A DNA stretch of 64,000 nucleotides. Source: Hormiphora californensis (lineage: Eukaryota; Animalia; Ctenophora). Positions 9,680 to 23,180 of this stretch are shown here, piece after piece. The stretch's first letter is position 1, and each line of letters begins with the position of its first letter. The DNA is taken from assembly GCA_020137815.1 (NCBI GenBank), contig CM035355.1, forward strand, positions 8,184,001-8,248,000, written 5' to 3'. The translations under genes were made by a program, and so were the position numbers. The notes under the pieces are model-generated. The model searched no databases. It was given only the letters and a program-made list of their open reading frames with translations, and was not told the DNA's origin.

Positions 9680-12600
9680 ATTTCAAAGCCTCATCTTTTT
9701 GGGATTGGTCATCGTTTACTGACTACCTACATTGTTTGGTTACCATGGTCACCGTGGTAGCAGGTCTGACATACACATTCCTGGAGTGGCCCTCCTACAT
9801 TGAAGCAATTGGAACACTGTCTCTATGTATTGAGGCGACTCTAGCTCTACCCCAACTTGTGAAGAACTATCAGACTCAGTCTACAGAGGGAATGAGGTAA
9901 TATGGGCCGGGTATTATAAACCACAGCGGGTAAATAGACGTCCGCCCGCTATAAAATAGTAACATACATGTTCTAGATATGTCTTAGGACTTAGATTAGG
10001 TACTATACGTGTAGAACGGGGTAATTTGGTCTCACATGTACAATATATAACAATATATATAACAGGACTTAGATTAGGTACTATACGTGTAGAACGGGGT
10101 AATTTGGTCTCAGTCTCAGATAAGAAGCGGGAGCTAGTGATAACGGTTGATTTCATTACCATGGGCCTTAGATCACTGGCTACAGAACTACTATCATGTG
10201 ATTTCAGAGTCACGTGATAACAGTGCCACTGCAGCTGCTGCAGCCTGAGCCTTCTCTTAGGGGAAACTCTAACTGAATGGCATCCCATTAATGGGATGCC
10301 ATCAACAGTAAAACTCTAACTGATAATGGACCACAGTGATGGTTCTTTCTCTGTATTCTCTCTGTAGGGTGTGTCTCACCAAATTGACACCTCGAGTTTG
10401 GAAATTTTGTACAGGTCCGTAGACCACCTAAACATTGGCCAATTTTGTTAATTTTGGTACCAAACTGTCAGAAAATGTCTGAACTACTGAATTACTAAAT
10501 ATCATGATAATTATGCATCACTGAGCTGAATTATGATGCAAAATATGCCAAAAAAAGCCTTTTTTGGCGTTGACGTAACGACCGTAACGACCGTAACGCA
10601 TTTTTGAACGATCATAGAATCGGTTGTAGTTATCGTACGAAGTTGAAACTGGTACTCAGCGGTAGCTGTGACTGAGTACTTTCTCCTGTCTGAATTCTAA
10701 AGCCTTAGTCCAAAAAGTATGACCGTGGCTGCCTGAACATTCTGGAGATGTAACATTTGTAACGACCGTAACAGCAACCGAAACGTAACGGTCGTTACAA
10801 ATGTAACGACCGAAACGTTACGGTCGTTACATTTGTAACGACCGTAACGTTACGGTCGTTACAAAATACGGTCATTTTAGGTAACGACCGTAACATAACG
10901 GTGGTAAAACGTTACGGTCATTACAAATGTAACGACTGCCTACATAGGCAGTACATCTATGTACTTCCTACAGAGAGAATACAGAGAAAGAACTATAGGA
11001 CATGCCCGGGCGTGGGCGCGCACACAGAGAGAATACAGAGAAAGAACCATAACTGTGGTCCATTATCAGTTAGAGTTTTACTGTTGATGGGATCCCATTA
11101 ATGGGATGCCATTCAGTTAGAGTTTCCCCTTACTGCAGCGGGGGGTCTTCCTCCTATCACTAGTTTTTAGCTAGTAGGTGTGAGGAGTGATGCGCGTTAA
11201 AGTATGCGCGTTTTGACCTGGTATAAACATAAAGCTTATATTCACTTCCCTTTTGAAGCTTTGTCACCAGGGCCCACGACACGGAATTTTTCCGAGGTTA
11301 AACTTTATTCAGGCACGGGGTGCCACCCTGCCCCCCCCCCCCCGGTGTCGTGGGCCCTGGTCACAACTTGAGACAATTGATGTGCAGGCAATGCCGTTCA
11401 CCAATGTACAGTGTTACCATGGTGATGTTACAGTTTCCCTTGTTTCAGTGTTACCATGGTGATGTTACAGTTTCCCTTGTTTCAGTGTTACCATGGTGAT
11501 GTTACAGTTTCCCTTGTTTCAGTGTTACCATGGTGATGTTACAGTTTCCCTTGTTTCAGTGTTACCATGCTGATGTTACAGTTTCCCTTGTTTCAGTGTT
11601 ACCATGGTGATGTTACAGTTTCCCTTGTTTCAGTGTTACCATGGTGATGTTACAGTTTCCCTTGTTTCAGTGTTACCATGGTGATGTTACAGTTTCCCTT
11701 GTTTCAGTGTTACCATGGTGATGTTACAGTTTCCCTTGTTTCAGTGTTACCATGGTGATGTTACAGTTTCCCTTGTTTCAGTGTTACCATGGTGATGTTA
11801 CAGTTTCCCTTGTTTCAGGGTTACCATGGTGATGTTACAGTTTCCCTTGTTTCAGTGTTACCATGGTGATGTTACAGTTTCCCTTGTTTCAGTGTTACCA
11901 TGGTGATGTTACAGTTTCCCTTGTTTCAGTATTACCATGGTGATGTTACATTTTCCCTTGTTTCAGTGTTACCATGGTGATGTTACAGTTTCCCTTGTTT
12001 CAGTGTTACCATGGTGATGTTACAGTTTCCCTTGTTTCAGTGTTACCATGGTGATGTTACAGTTTCCCTTGTTTCAGTGTTACCATGGTGATGTTACAGT
12101 TTCCCTTGTTTCAGTGTTACCATGGTGATGTTACAGTTTTCCTTGTTTCAGTGTTACCATGGTGATGTTACAGTTTCCCTTGTTTCAGTGTTACCATGGT
12201 GATGTTACAGTTTCCCTTGTTTCAGTGTTACCATGCTGATGTTACAGTTTCCCTTGTTTCAGTGTTACCATGGTGATGTTACAGTTTCCCTTGTTTCAGT
12301 GTTACCATGGTGATGTTACAGTTTCCCTTGTTTCAGTGTTACCATGGTGATGTTACAGTTTCCCTTGTTTCAGTGTTACCATGGTGATGTTACAGTTTCC
12401 CTTGTTTCAGTATTACCATGGTGATGTTACATTTTCCCTTGTTTCAGTGTTACCATGGTGATGTTACAGTTTCCCTTGTTTCAGTGTTACCATGGTGATG
12501 TTACAGTTTCCCTTGTTTCAGTGTTACCATGGTGATGTTACAGTTTCCCTTGTTTCAGTGTTACCATGGTGATGTTACAGTTTCCCTTGTTTCAGTGTTA

Positions 12601-12764
12601 CCATGGTGATGTTATGGTTTCTGGGAGACTCTGGGAAAACTCTCTACTTCCTGCTACGACAGTCACCATTCCAGTTTCTTCTTTGCGGGTCGATCCAGAT
12701 CATCATTGATATCATGATACTTTTCCAAGTTGTGAGATACGGGGACCCACACCGGGTGGATTAG
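9680..12764 (+). CDS. PQLC1: PQ-loop repeat-containing protein 1 / SLC66A2-like, last two exons: 9680-9896 and 12596-12764
   Basis: FKASSFWDWSSFTDYLHCLV...EAIGTLSLCIEATLALPQLVKNYQTQSTEGMS|VTMVMLWFLGDSGKTLYFLLRQSPFQFLLCGSIQIIIDIMILFQVVRYGDPHRVD* matches the PQLC1 second PQ loop (FWQWSSF.DY...PQLYRN...STEGMS..MVLMW..GD.FKT.YF). Canonical ag/gt boundaries with compatible phases. Upstream exons not identified. Confidence 0.92.
10260..11129. mobile_element. PIF/Harbinger-type MITE (TIR GGGGAAACTCTAACTGAATGGCATCCC..., TSD TTA) with internal GTAACGACC repeats, in the PQLC1 intron
   Basis: TTA|GGGGAAACTC...GAGTTTCCCC|TTA; about 100-bp inverted ends. Confidence 0.82.
11268..11359. mobile_element. Short MITE, TIR CAGGGCCCACGACAC, flanked by GTCAC direct repeats
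   Basis: GTCAC|CAGGGCCCACGACAC...GTGTCGTGGGCCCTG|GTCAC. Confidence 0.65.
11412..12614 (+). repeat. 37-bp tandem array (32 full units) containing the PQLC1 terminal-exon splice acceptor
   Basis: Unit TGTTACCATGGTGATGTTACAGTTTCCCTTGTTTCAG; the last copy (AG at 12594-12595) opens the real exon. Confidence 0.95.
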
Positions 12765-15700
12765 TTGTGAGATACGGGGACCCACACCGGGTGGATTAGT
12801 TGTGAGATACGGGGACCCACACCGGGTGGATTAGTTGTGAGATACGGGGACCCACACCGGCTGGATTAGTTGTGAGATACGGGGACCCACACCGGCTGGA
12901 TTAGTTGTGAGATACGGGGATCCACACCGGGTGGATTAGTTGTGAGATACGGGGACCCACACCGGGTGGATTAGTTGTGAGATACGGGGACCCACACCGG
13001 CTGGATTAGTTGTGAGATACGGGGACCCACACCGGGTGGATTAGTTGTGAGATACGGGGACCCACACCGGGTGGATTAGTTGTGAGATACGGGGACCCAC
13101 ACCGGGTGGATTAGTTGTGAGATACGGGGACCCACACCGGGTGGATTAGTTGTGAGATACGGGGACCCACACCGGCTGGATTAGTTGTGAGATACGGGGA
13201 CCCACACCGGGTGGATTAGTTGTGAGATACGGGGACCCACACCGGGTGGATTAGTTGTGAGATACGGGGACCCACACCGGGTGGATTAGTTGTGAGATAC
13301 GGGGACCCACACCGGCTGGATTAGTTGTGAGATACGGGGACCCACACCGGGTGGATTAGTTGTGAGATACGGGGACCCACACCGGGTGGATTAGTTGTGA
13401 GATACGGGGACCCACACCGGGTGGATTAGTTGTGAGATACGGGGACCCACACCGGGTGGATTAGTTGTGAGATACGGGGACCCACACCGGGTGGATTAGT
13501 TGTGAGATACGGGGACCCACACCGGGTGGATTAGTTGTGAGATACGGGGACCCACACCGGGTGGATTAGTTGTGAGATACGGGGACCCACACCGGGTGGA
13601 TTAGTTGTGAGATACGGGGACCCACACCGGCTGGATTAGTTGTGAGATACGGGGACCCACACCGGCTGGATTAGTTGTGAGATACGGGGACCCACACCGG
13701 CTGGATTAGTTGTGAGATACGGGGACCCACACCGGGTGGATTAGTTGTGAGATACGGGGACCCACACCGGGTGGATTAGTTGTGAGATACGGGGACCCAC
13801 ACCGGGTGGATTAGTTGTGAGATACGGGGACCCACACCGGGTGGATTAGTTGTGAGATACGGGGACCCACACCGGGTGGATTAGTTGTGAGATACGGGGA
13901 CCCACACCGGGTGGATTAGTTGTGAGATACGGGGACCCACACCGGGTGGATTAGTTGTGAGATACGGGGACCCACACCGGGTGGATTAGTTGTGAGATAC
14001 GGGGACCCACACCGGGTGGATTAGTTGTGAGATACGGGGACCCACACCGGGTGGATTAGTTGTGAGATACGGGGACCCACACCGGGTGGATTAGTTGTGA
14101 GATACGGGGACCCACACCGGGTGGATTAGTTGTGAGATACGGGGACCCACACCGGGTGGATTAGTTGTGAGATACGGGGACCCACACCGGGTGGATTAGT
14201 TGTGAGATACGGGGACCCACACCGGGTGGATTAGTTGTGAGATACGGGGACCCACACCGGGTGGATTAGTTGTGAGATACGGGGACCCACACCGGGTGGA
14301 TTAGTTGTGAGATACGGGGACCCACACCGGGTGGATTAGTTGTGAGATACGGGGACCCACACCGGGTGGATTAGTTGTGAGATACGGGGACCCACACCGG
14401 GTGGATTAGTTGTGAGATACGGGGACCCACACCGGGTGGATTAGTTGTGAGATACGGGGACCCACACCGGGTGGATTAGTTGTGAGATACGGGGACCCAC
14501 ACCGGGTGGATTAGTTGTGAGATACGGGGACCCACACCGGGTGGATTAGTTGTGAGATACGGGGACCCACACCGGGTGGATTAGTTGTGAGATACGGGGA
14601 CCCACACCGGGTGGATTAGTTGTGAGATACGGGGACCCACACCGGGTGGATTAGTTGTGAGATACGGGGACCCACACCGGGTGGATTAGTTGTGAGATAC
14701 GGGGACCCACACCGGGTGGATTAGTTGTGAGATACGGGGACCCACACCGGGTGGATTAGTTGTGAGATACGGGGACCCACACCGGGTGGATTAGTTGTGA
14801 GATACGGGGACCCACACCGGGTGGATTAGTTGTGAGATACGGGGACCCACACCGGGTGGATTAGTTGTGAGATACGGGGACCCACACCGGGTGGATTAGT
14901 TGTGAGATACGGGGACCCACACCGGGTGGATTAGTTGTGAGATACGGGGACCCACACCGGGTGGATTAGTTGTGAGATACGGGGACCCACACCGGGTGGA
15001 TTAGTTGTGAGATACGGGGACCCACACCGGGTGGATTAGTTGTGAGATACGGGGACCCACACCGGGTGGATTAGTTGTGAGATACGGGGACCCACACCGG
15101 GTGGATTAGTTGTGAGATACGGGGACCCACACCGGGTGGATTAGTTGTGAGATACGGGGACCCACACCGGGTGGATTAGTTGTGAGATACGGGGACCCAC
15201 ACCGGGTGGATTAGTTGTGAGATACGGGGACCCACACCGGGTGGATTAGTTGTGAGATACGGGGACCCACACCGGGTGGATTAGTTGTGAGATACGGGGA
15301 CCCACACCGGGTGGATTAGTTGTGAGATACGGGGACCCACACCGGGTGGATTAGTTGTGAGATACGGGGACCCACACCGGGTGGATTAGTTGTGAGATAC
15401 GGGGACCCACACCGGGTGGATTAGTTGTGAGATACGGGGACCCACACCGGGTGGATTAGTTGTGAGATACGGGGACCCACACCGGGTGGATTAGTTGTGA
15501 GATACGGGGACCCACACCGGGTGGATTAGTTGTGAGATACGGGGACCCACACCGGGTGGATTAGTTGTGAGATACGGGGACCCACACCGGGTGGATTAGT
15601 TGTGAGATACGGGGACCCACACCGGGTGGATTAGTTGTGAGATACGGGGACCCACACCGGGTGGATTAGTTGTGAGATACGGGGACCCACACCGGGTGGA

Positions 15701-18700
15701 TTAGTTGTGAGATACGGGGACCCACACCGGGTGGATTAGTTGTGAGATACGGGGACCCACACCGGGTGGATTAGTTGTGAGATACGGGGACCCACACCGG
15801 GTGGATTAGTTGTGAGATACGGGGACCCACACCGGGTGGATTAGTTGTGAGATACGGGGACCCACACCGGGTGGATTAGTTGTGAGATACGGGGACCCAC
15901 ACCGGGTGGATTAGTTGTGAGATACGGGGACCCACACCGGGTGGATTAGTTGTGAGATACGGGGACCCACACCGGGTGGATTAGTTGTGAGATACGGGGA
16001 CCCACACCGGGTGGATTAGTTGTGAGATACGGGGACCCACACCGGGTGGATTAGTTGTGAGATACGGGGACCCACACCGGGTGGATTAGTTGTGAGATAC
16101 GGGGACCCACACCGGGTGGATTAGTTGTGAGATACGGGGACCCACACCGGGTGGATTAGTTGTGAGATACGGGGACCCACACCGGGTGGATTAGTTGTGA
16201 GATACGGGGACCCACACCGGGTGGATTAGTTGTGAGATACGGGGACCCACACCGGGTGGATTAGTTGTGAGATACGGGGACCCACACCGGGTGGATTAGT
16301 TGTGAGATACGGGGACCCACACCGGGTGGATTAGTTGTGAGATACGGGGACCCACACCGGGTGGATTAGTTGTGAGATACGGGGACCCACACCGGGTGGA
16401 TTAGTTGTGAGATACGGGGACCCACACCGGGTGGATTAGTTGTGAGATACGGGGACCCACACCGGGTGGATTAGTTGTGAGATACGGGGACCCACACCGG
16501 GTGGATTAGTTGTGAGATACGGGGACCCACACCGGGTGGATTAGTTGTGAGATACGGGGACCCACACCGGGTGGATTAGTTGTGAGATACGGGGACCCAC
16601 ACCGGGTGGATTAGTTGTGAGATACGGGGACCCACACCGGGTGGATTAGTTGTGAGATACGGGGACCCACACCGGGTGGATTAGTTGTGAGATACGGGGA
16701 CCCACACCGGGTGGATTAGTTGTGAGATACGGGGACCCACACCGGGTGGATTAGTTGTGAGATACGGGGACCCACACCGGGTGGATTAGTTGTGAGATAC
16801 GGGGACCCACACCGGGTGGATTAGTTGTGAGATACGGGGACCCACACCGGGTGGATTAGTTGTGAGATACGGGGACCCACACCGGGTGGATTAGTTGTGA
16901 GATACGGGGACCCACACCGGGTGGATTAGTTGTGAGATACGGGGACCCACACCGGGTGGATTAGTTGTGAGATACGGGGACCCACACCGGGTGGATTAGT
17001 TGTGAGATACGGGGACCCACACCGGGTGGATTAGTTGTGAGATACGGGGACCCACACCGGGTGGATTAGTTGTGAGATACGGGGACCCACACCGGGTGGA
17101 TTAGTTGTGAGATACGGGGACCCACACCGGGTGGATTAGTTGTGAGATACGGGGACCCACACCGGGTGGATTAGTTGTGAGATACGGGGACCCACACCGG
17201 GTGGATTAGTTGTGAGATACGGGGACCCACACCGGGTGGATTAGTTGTGAGATACGGGGACCCACACCGGGTGGATTAGTTGTGAGATACGGGGACCCAC
17301 ACCGGGTGGATTAGTTGTGAGATACGGGGACCCACACCGGGTGGATTAGTTGTGAGATACGGGGACCCACACCGGGTGGATTAGTTGTGAGATACGGGGA
17401 CCCACACCGGGTGGATTAGTTGTGAGATACGGGGACCCACACCGGGTGGATTAGTTGTGAGATACGGGGACCCACACCGGGTGGATTAGTTGTGAGATAC
17501 GGGGACCCACACCGGGTGGATTAGTTGTGAGATACGGGGACCCACACCGGGTGGATTAGTTGTGAGATACGGGGACCCACACCGGGTGGATTAGTTGTGA
17601 GATACGGGGACCCACACCGGGTGGATTAGTTGTGAGATACGGGGACCCACACCGGGTGGATTAGTTGTGAGATACGGGGACCCACACCGGGTGGATTAGT
17701 TGTGAGATACGGGGACCCACACCGGGTGGATTAGTTGTGAGATACGGGGACCCACACCGGGTGGATTAGTTGTGAGATACGGGGACCCACACCGGGTGGA
17801 TTAGTTGTGAGATACGGGGACCCACACCGGGTGGATTAGTTGTGAGATACGGGGACCCACACCGGGTGGATTAGTTGTGAGATACGGGGACCCACACCGG
17901 GTGGATTAGTTGTGAGATACGGGGACCCACACCGGGTGGATTAGTTGTGAGATACGGGGACCCACACCGGGTGGATTAGTTGTGAGATACGGGGACCCAC
18001 ACCGGGTGGATTAGTTGTGAGATACGGGGACCCACACCGGGTGGATTAGTTGTGAGATACGGGGACCCACACCGGGTGGATTAGTTGTGAGATACGGGGA
18101 CCCACACCGGGTGGATTAGTTGTGAGATACGGGGACCCACACCGGGTGGATTAGTTGTGAGATACGGGGACCCACACCGGGTGGATTAGTTGTGAGATAC
18201 GGGGACCCACACCGGGTGGATTAGTTGTGAGATACGGGGACCCACACCGGGTGGATTAGTTGTGAGATACGGGGACCCACACCGGGTGGATTAGTTGTGA
18301 GATACGGGGACCCACACCGGGTGGATTAGTTGTGAGATACGGGGACCCACACCGGGTGGATTAGTTTGTGAGATACGGGGACCCACACCGGGTGGATTAG
18401 TTGTGAGATACGGGGACCCACACCGGGTGGATTAGTTGTGAGATACGGGGACCCACACCGGGTGGATTAGTTGTGAGATACGGGGACCCACACCGGGTGG
18501 ATTAGTTGTGAGATACGGGGACCCACACCGGGTGGATTAGTTGTGAGATACGGGGACCCACACCGGGTGGATTAGTTGTGAGATACGGGGACCCACACCG
18601 GGTGGATTAGTTGTGAGATACGGGGACCCACACCGGGTGGATTAGTTGTGAGATACGGGGACCCACACCGGGTGGATTAGTTGTGAGATACGGGGACCCA

Positions 18701-21550
18701 CACCGGGTGGATTAGTTGTGAGATACGGGGACCCACACCGGGTGGATTAGTTGTGAGATACGGGGACCCACACCGGGTGGATTAGTTGTGAGATACGGGG
18801 ACCCACACCGGGTGGATTAGTTGTGAGATACGGGGACCCACACCGGGTGGATTAGTTGTGAGATACGGGGACCCACACCGGGTGGATTAGTTGTGAGATA
18901 CGGGGACCCACACCGGGTGGATTAGTTGTGAGATACGGGGACCCACACCGGGTGGATTAGTTGTGAGATACGGGGACCCACACCGGGTGGATTAGTTGTG
19001 AGATACGGGGACCCACACCGGGTGGATTAGTTGTGAGATACGGGGACCCACACCGGGTGGATTAGTTGTGAGATACGGGGACCCACACCGGGTGGATTAG
19101 TTGTGAGATACGGGGACCCACACCGGGTGGATTAGTTGTGAGATACGGGGACCCACACCGGGTGGATTAGTTGTGAGATACGGGGACCCACACCGGGTGG
19201 ATTAGTTGTGAGATACGGGGACCCACACCGGGTGGATTAGTTGTGAGATACGGGGACCCACACCGGGTGGATTAGTTGTGAGATACGGGGACCCACACCG
19301 GGTGGATTAGTTGTGAGATACGGGGACCCACACCGGGTGGATTAGTTGTGAGATACGGGGACCCACACCGGGTGGATTAGTTGTGAGATACGGGGACCCA
19401 CACCGGGTGGATTAGTTGTGAGATACGGGGACCCACACCGGGTGGATTAGTTGTGAGATACGGGGACCCACACCGGGTGGATTAGTTGTGAGATACGGGG
19501 ACCCACACCGGGTGGATTAGTTGTGAGATACGGGGACCCACACCGGGTGGATTAGTTGTGAGATACGGGGACCCACACCGGGTGGATTAGTTGTGAGATA
19601 CGGGGACCCACACCGGGTGGATTAGTTGTGAGATACGGGGACCCACACCGGGTGGATTAGTTGTGAGATACGGGGACCCACACCGGGTGGATTAGTTGTG
19701 AGATACGGGGACCCACACCGGGTGGATTAGTTGTGAGATACGGGGACCCACACCGGGTGGATTAGTTGTGAGATACGGGGACCCACACCGGGTGGATTAG
19801 TTGTGAGATACGGGGACCCACACCGGGTGGATTAGTTGTGAGATACGGGGACCCACACCGGGTGGATTAGTTGTGAGATACGGGGACCCACACCGGGTGG
19901 ATTAGTTGTGAGATACGGGGACCCACACCGGGTGGATTAGTTGTGAGATACGGGGACCCACACCGGGTGGATTAGTTGTGAGATACGGGGACCCACACCG
20001 GGTGGATTAGTTGTGAGATACGGGGACCCACACCGGGTGGATTAGTTGTGAGATACGGGGACCCACACCGGGTGGATTAGTTGTGAGATACGGGGACCCA
20101 CACCGGCTGGATTAGTTGTGAGATACGGGGACCCACACCGGGTGGATTAGTTGTGAGATACGGGGACCCACACCGGGTGGATTAGTTGTGAGATACGGGG
20201 ACCCACACCGGGTGGATTAGTTGTGAGATACGGGGACCCACACCGGGTGGATTAGTTGTGAGATACGGGGACCCACACCGGGTGGATTAGTTGTGAGATA
20301 CGGGGACCCACACCGGGTGGATTAGTTGTGAGATACGGGGACCCACACCGGGTGGATTAGTTGTGAGATACGGGGACCCACACCGGGTGGATTAGTTGTG
20401 AGATACGGGGACCCACACCGGGTGGATTAGTTGTGAGATACGGGGACCCACACCGGGTGGATTAGTTGTGAGATACGGGGACCCACACCGGGTGGATTAG
20501 TTGTGAGATACGGGGACCCACACCGGGTGGATTAGTTGTGAGATACGGGGACCCACACCGGGTGGATTAGTTGTGAGATACGGGGACCCACACCGGGTGG
20601 ATTAGTTGTGAGATACGGGGATCCACACCGGGTGGATTAGTTGTGAGATACGGGGACCCACACCGGGTGGATTAGTTGTGAGATACGGGGATCCACACCG
20701 GGTGGATTAGTTGTGAGATACGGGGACCCACACCGAGTGGATTAGTTGTGAGATACGGGGACCCACACCGGGTGGATTAGTTGTGAGATACGGGGACCCA
20801 CACCGGGTGGATTAGTTGTGAGATACGGGGACCCACACCGGGTGGATTAGTTGTGAGATACGGGGACCCACACCGGGTGGATTAGTTGTGAGATACGGGG
20901 ATCCACACCGGGTGGATTAGTTGTGAGATACGGGGACCCACACCGGCTGGATTAGTTGTGAGATACGGGGACCCACACCGGGTGGATTAGTTGTGAGATA
21001 TGGGGACCCACACCGGGTGGATTAGTTGTGAGATACGGGGACCCACACCGGGTGGATTAGTTGTGAGATATGGGGATCCACACCGGGTGGATTAGTTGTG
21101 AGATACGGGGACCCACACCGGGTGGATTAGTTGTGAGATACGGGGACCCACACCGGGTGGATTAGTTGTGAGATACGGGGATCCACACCGGGTGGATTAG
21201 TTGTGAGATACGGGGACCCACACCGGGTGGATTAGTTGTGAGATACGGGGACCCACACCGAGTGGATTAGTTGTGAGATACGGGGACCCACACCGGGTGG
21301 ATTAGTTGTGAGATACGGGGACCCACACCGGGTGGATTAGTTGTGAGATACGGGGACCCACACCGGGTGGATTAGTTGTGAGATACGGGGACCCACACCG
21401 GGTGGATTAGTTGTGAGATACGGGGACCCACACCGGGTGGATTAGTTGTGAGATACGGGGATCCACACCGGGTGGATTAGTTGTGAGATACGGGGACCCA
21501 CACCGGGTGGATTAGTTGTGAGATACGGGGACCCACACCGAGTGGATTAG
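12730..21550 (+). repeat. 35-bp minisatellite, 252 copies (8.8 kb); unit = end of the PQLC1 CDS including the TAG stop
   Basis: Unit TTGTGAGATACGGGGACCCACACCGGGTGGATTAG; 8821 bp = 252x35 plus one inserted T near 18366. The first unit encodes (V)VRYGDPHRVD*. Confidence 0.95.
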
Positions 21551-21834
21551 TGAACTGGTGGACTGTTGGATTAATAGTGTTGTTATGTTCTAATAACCCT
21601 CCTTTACATTTGTTAAGAGGGTCGAGCTAGGCAAGATTAGTAGACTGTAATTTGGAGCCTTCATCTTATGGCCGGTAAAGAGTGTGAGACATTATTATTA
21701 TTATTATTTTGTCAAGCTAAAAGCTTGTTATTGGCTAAATGATATTATCGGTCCTCGCGGTAGTAGGGTGGTTACCATGGTAACCGTGTAGGGTGTATAA
21801 TACCAAGGCTACCGAATGTAAGCTGCAGGAATTG

Positions 21835-21932
21835 ACCGAACCAGGAAATACCGGTCCCTGATTGGCTGATAACCTTTCACGTGACCTAAATAACGAGTTC
21901 TGATTGGTTGTTTACTTGTGTCGGTCGGTTCT
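21835..21932. repeat. Dispersed short repeat (GGTCCCTGATTGGCTGATAACCAGTCACGTGACCTAAATAACGAGTTCTGATTGG); further copies at 22358-22420, 25733-25800 (rc) and 55053-55122 (rc)
   Basis: Four near-identical copies in both orientations; SINE- or MITE-like. Confidence 0.8.
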
Positions 21933-22679
21933 TGGTACGCTGATGAAGTGAATGTTTGCATGTTAAAACTAAGCAGTTTGAATATTTTCTTTATTTGACA
22001 AATGTTATATTTATAGACGATAATTTAATTTTTCCTGGTGAGGTAACTTTATTTATTGTTTACTACACACTTTTTAAATCCCATCAGCTCTCCAACACTT
22101 CTGATACACTCAATATATTATTATATACATAATATTATTATCTTTGGTTGAGTAATTGAGATATTGGTTAAATTATGTAAGGGTTACAACCATTACAACC
22201 AATAAAAATTGTACTGGAGGATAGCTGACACACGCACAAAGACTAGCAACAAAATACACTGTATATTAGTAACATTGTTACACACCCAAATGTCTCCAAA
22301 TGTCACTAAAATGCTCTTCAACCAGATTACACATCATTCACCCTACTGCACTCTATTCCTGGTCCCTGATTGGCTGATAACCAGTCACGTGACCTAAATA
22401 ACGAGTTCTGATTGGTCGGTTCCGGACACGGAGAGATTACGCTGCGAAGACCTTGTTGATCGTATCAAACTGCTTCCGGTAGGAGCTCCGTGGCACAAAC
22501 TTCTCTGATCCGAGGAGTACACTTGTTTTGGGGCGGAGATTGGGTTCCTTAGTGGCCGGTGGGCTAGCAAAATGCTGCGAAGTGGTGGTACCTTCGGCGT
22601 AGCTACACTTATCAAATAATCCTGTGGGTTTGGATTAGTTACGATTGGTGAGGATTGTTAAGGGCTGGGGAGGGGAGGG

Positions 22680-23150
22680 TAAATAATTGGTGAGGATTCG
22701 GTAAATAATTGGTTAGGATTGGTGAGTTTTGGGTAAATAATTGGTTAGGATTGGTGAGGGTTGGGTAAATATTTGGTTAGGATTGGGTAAATATTTGGTT
22801 ATGATTGGTGAGGGTTGGTTAAATAATTGGTTAGGATTGGGTAAATATTTGGTTAGGATTGGGTAAATAATTGGGTAAATAATTGGTTAGGATTGGTGAG
22901 GGTTGGGTAAATAATTGGTGAGGGTTGGGTAAATAATTGGTGAGGGTTGGGTAAATAATTGGTGAGGGTTGGTGAGGGTTGGTTAAATAATTGGTTAGGA
23001 TTGGGTAAATAATTGGTTAGGATTGGGTAAATAATTGGTGAGGCGTGGCTAAATAATTGGTTAGATAATTGGGTAAATAATTCGTTAGGATTGGGTAAAT
23101 ATTTGGTTAGGATTGGTGAGGGTTGGGTAAATAAATGGTTAGGATTGGTG
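22680..23150. repeat. Degenerate GGTTGGGTAAATAATTGGTTAGGATT minisatellite
   Basis: Variable-length tandem units. Confidence 0.8.
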
Positions 23151-23180
23151 TAGTTAGGCAGTACTAATGATGGTAGGGCC

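Noticed and set aside
11412-12614. Recursive or micro-exon splicing through ATG|GTGATG in each unit
   Set aside because: No AG is positioned to rejoin the coding sequence after that donor without repeating 10 nt and shifting the frame.
12730-21550. CRISPR-like array (35-bp repeat with a small hairpin)
   Set aside because: No spacers, no cas genes, eukaryotic context; the unit derives from the PQLC1 coding end.
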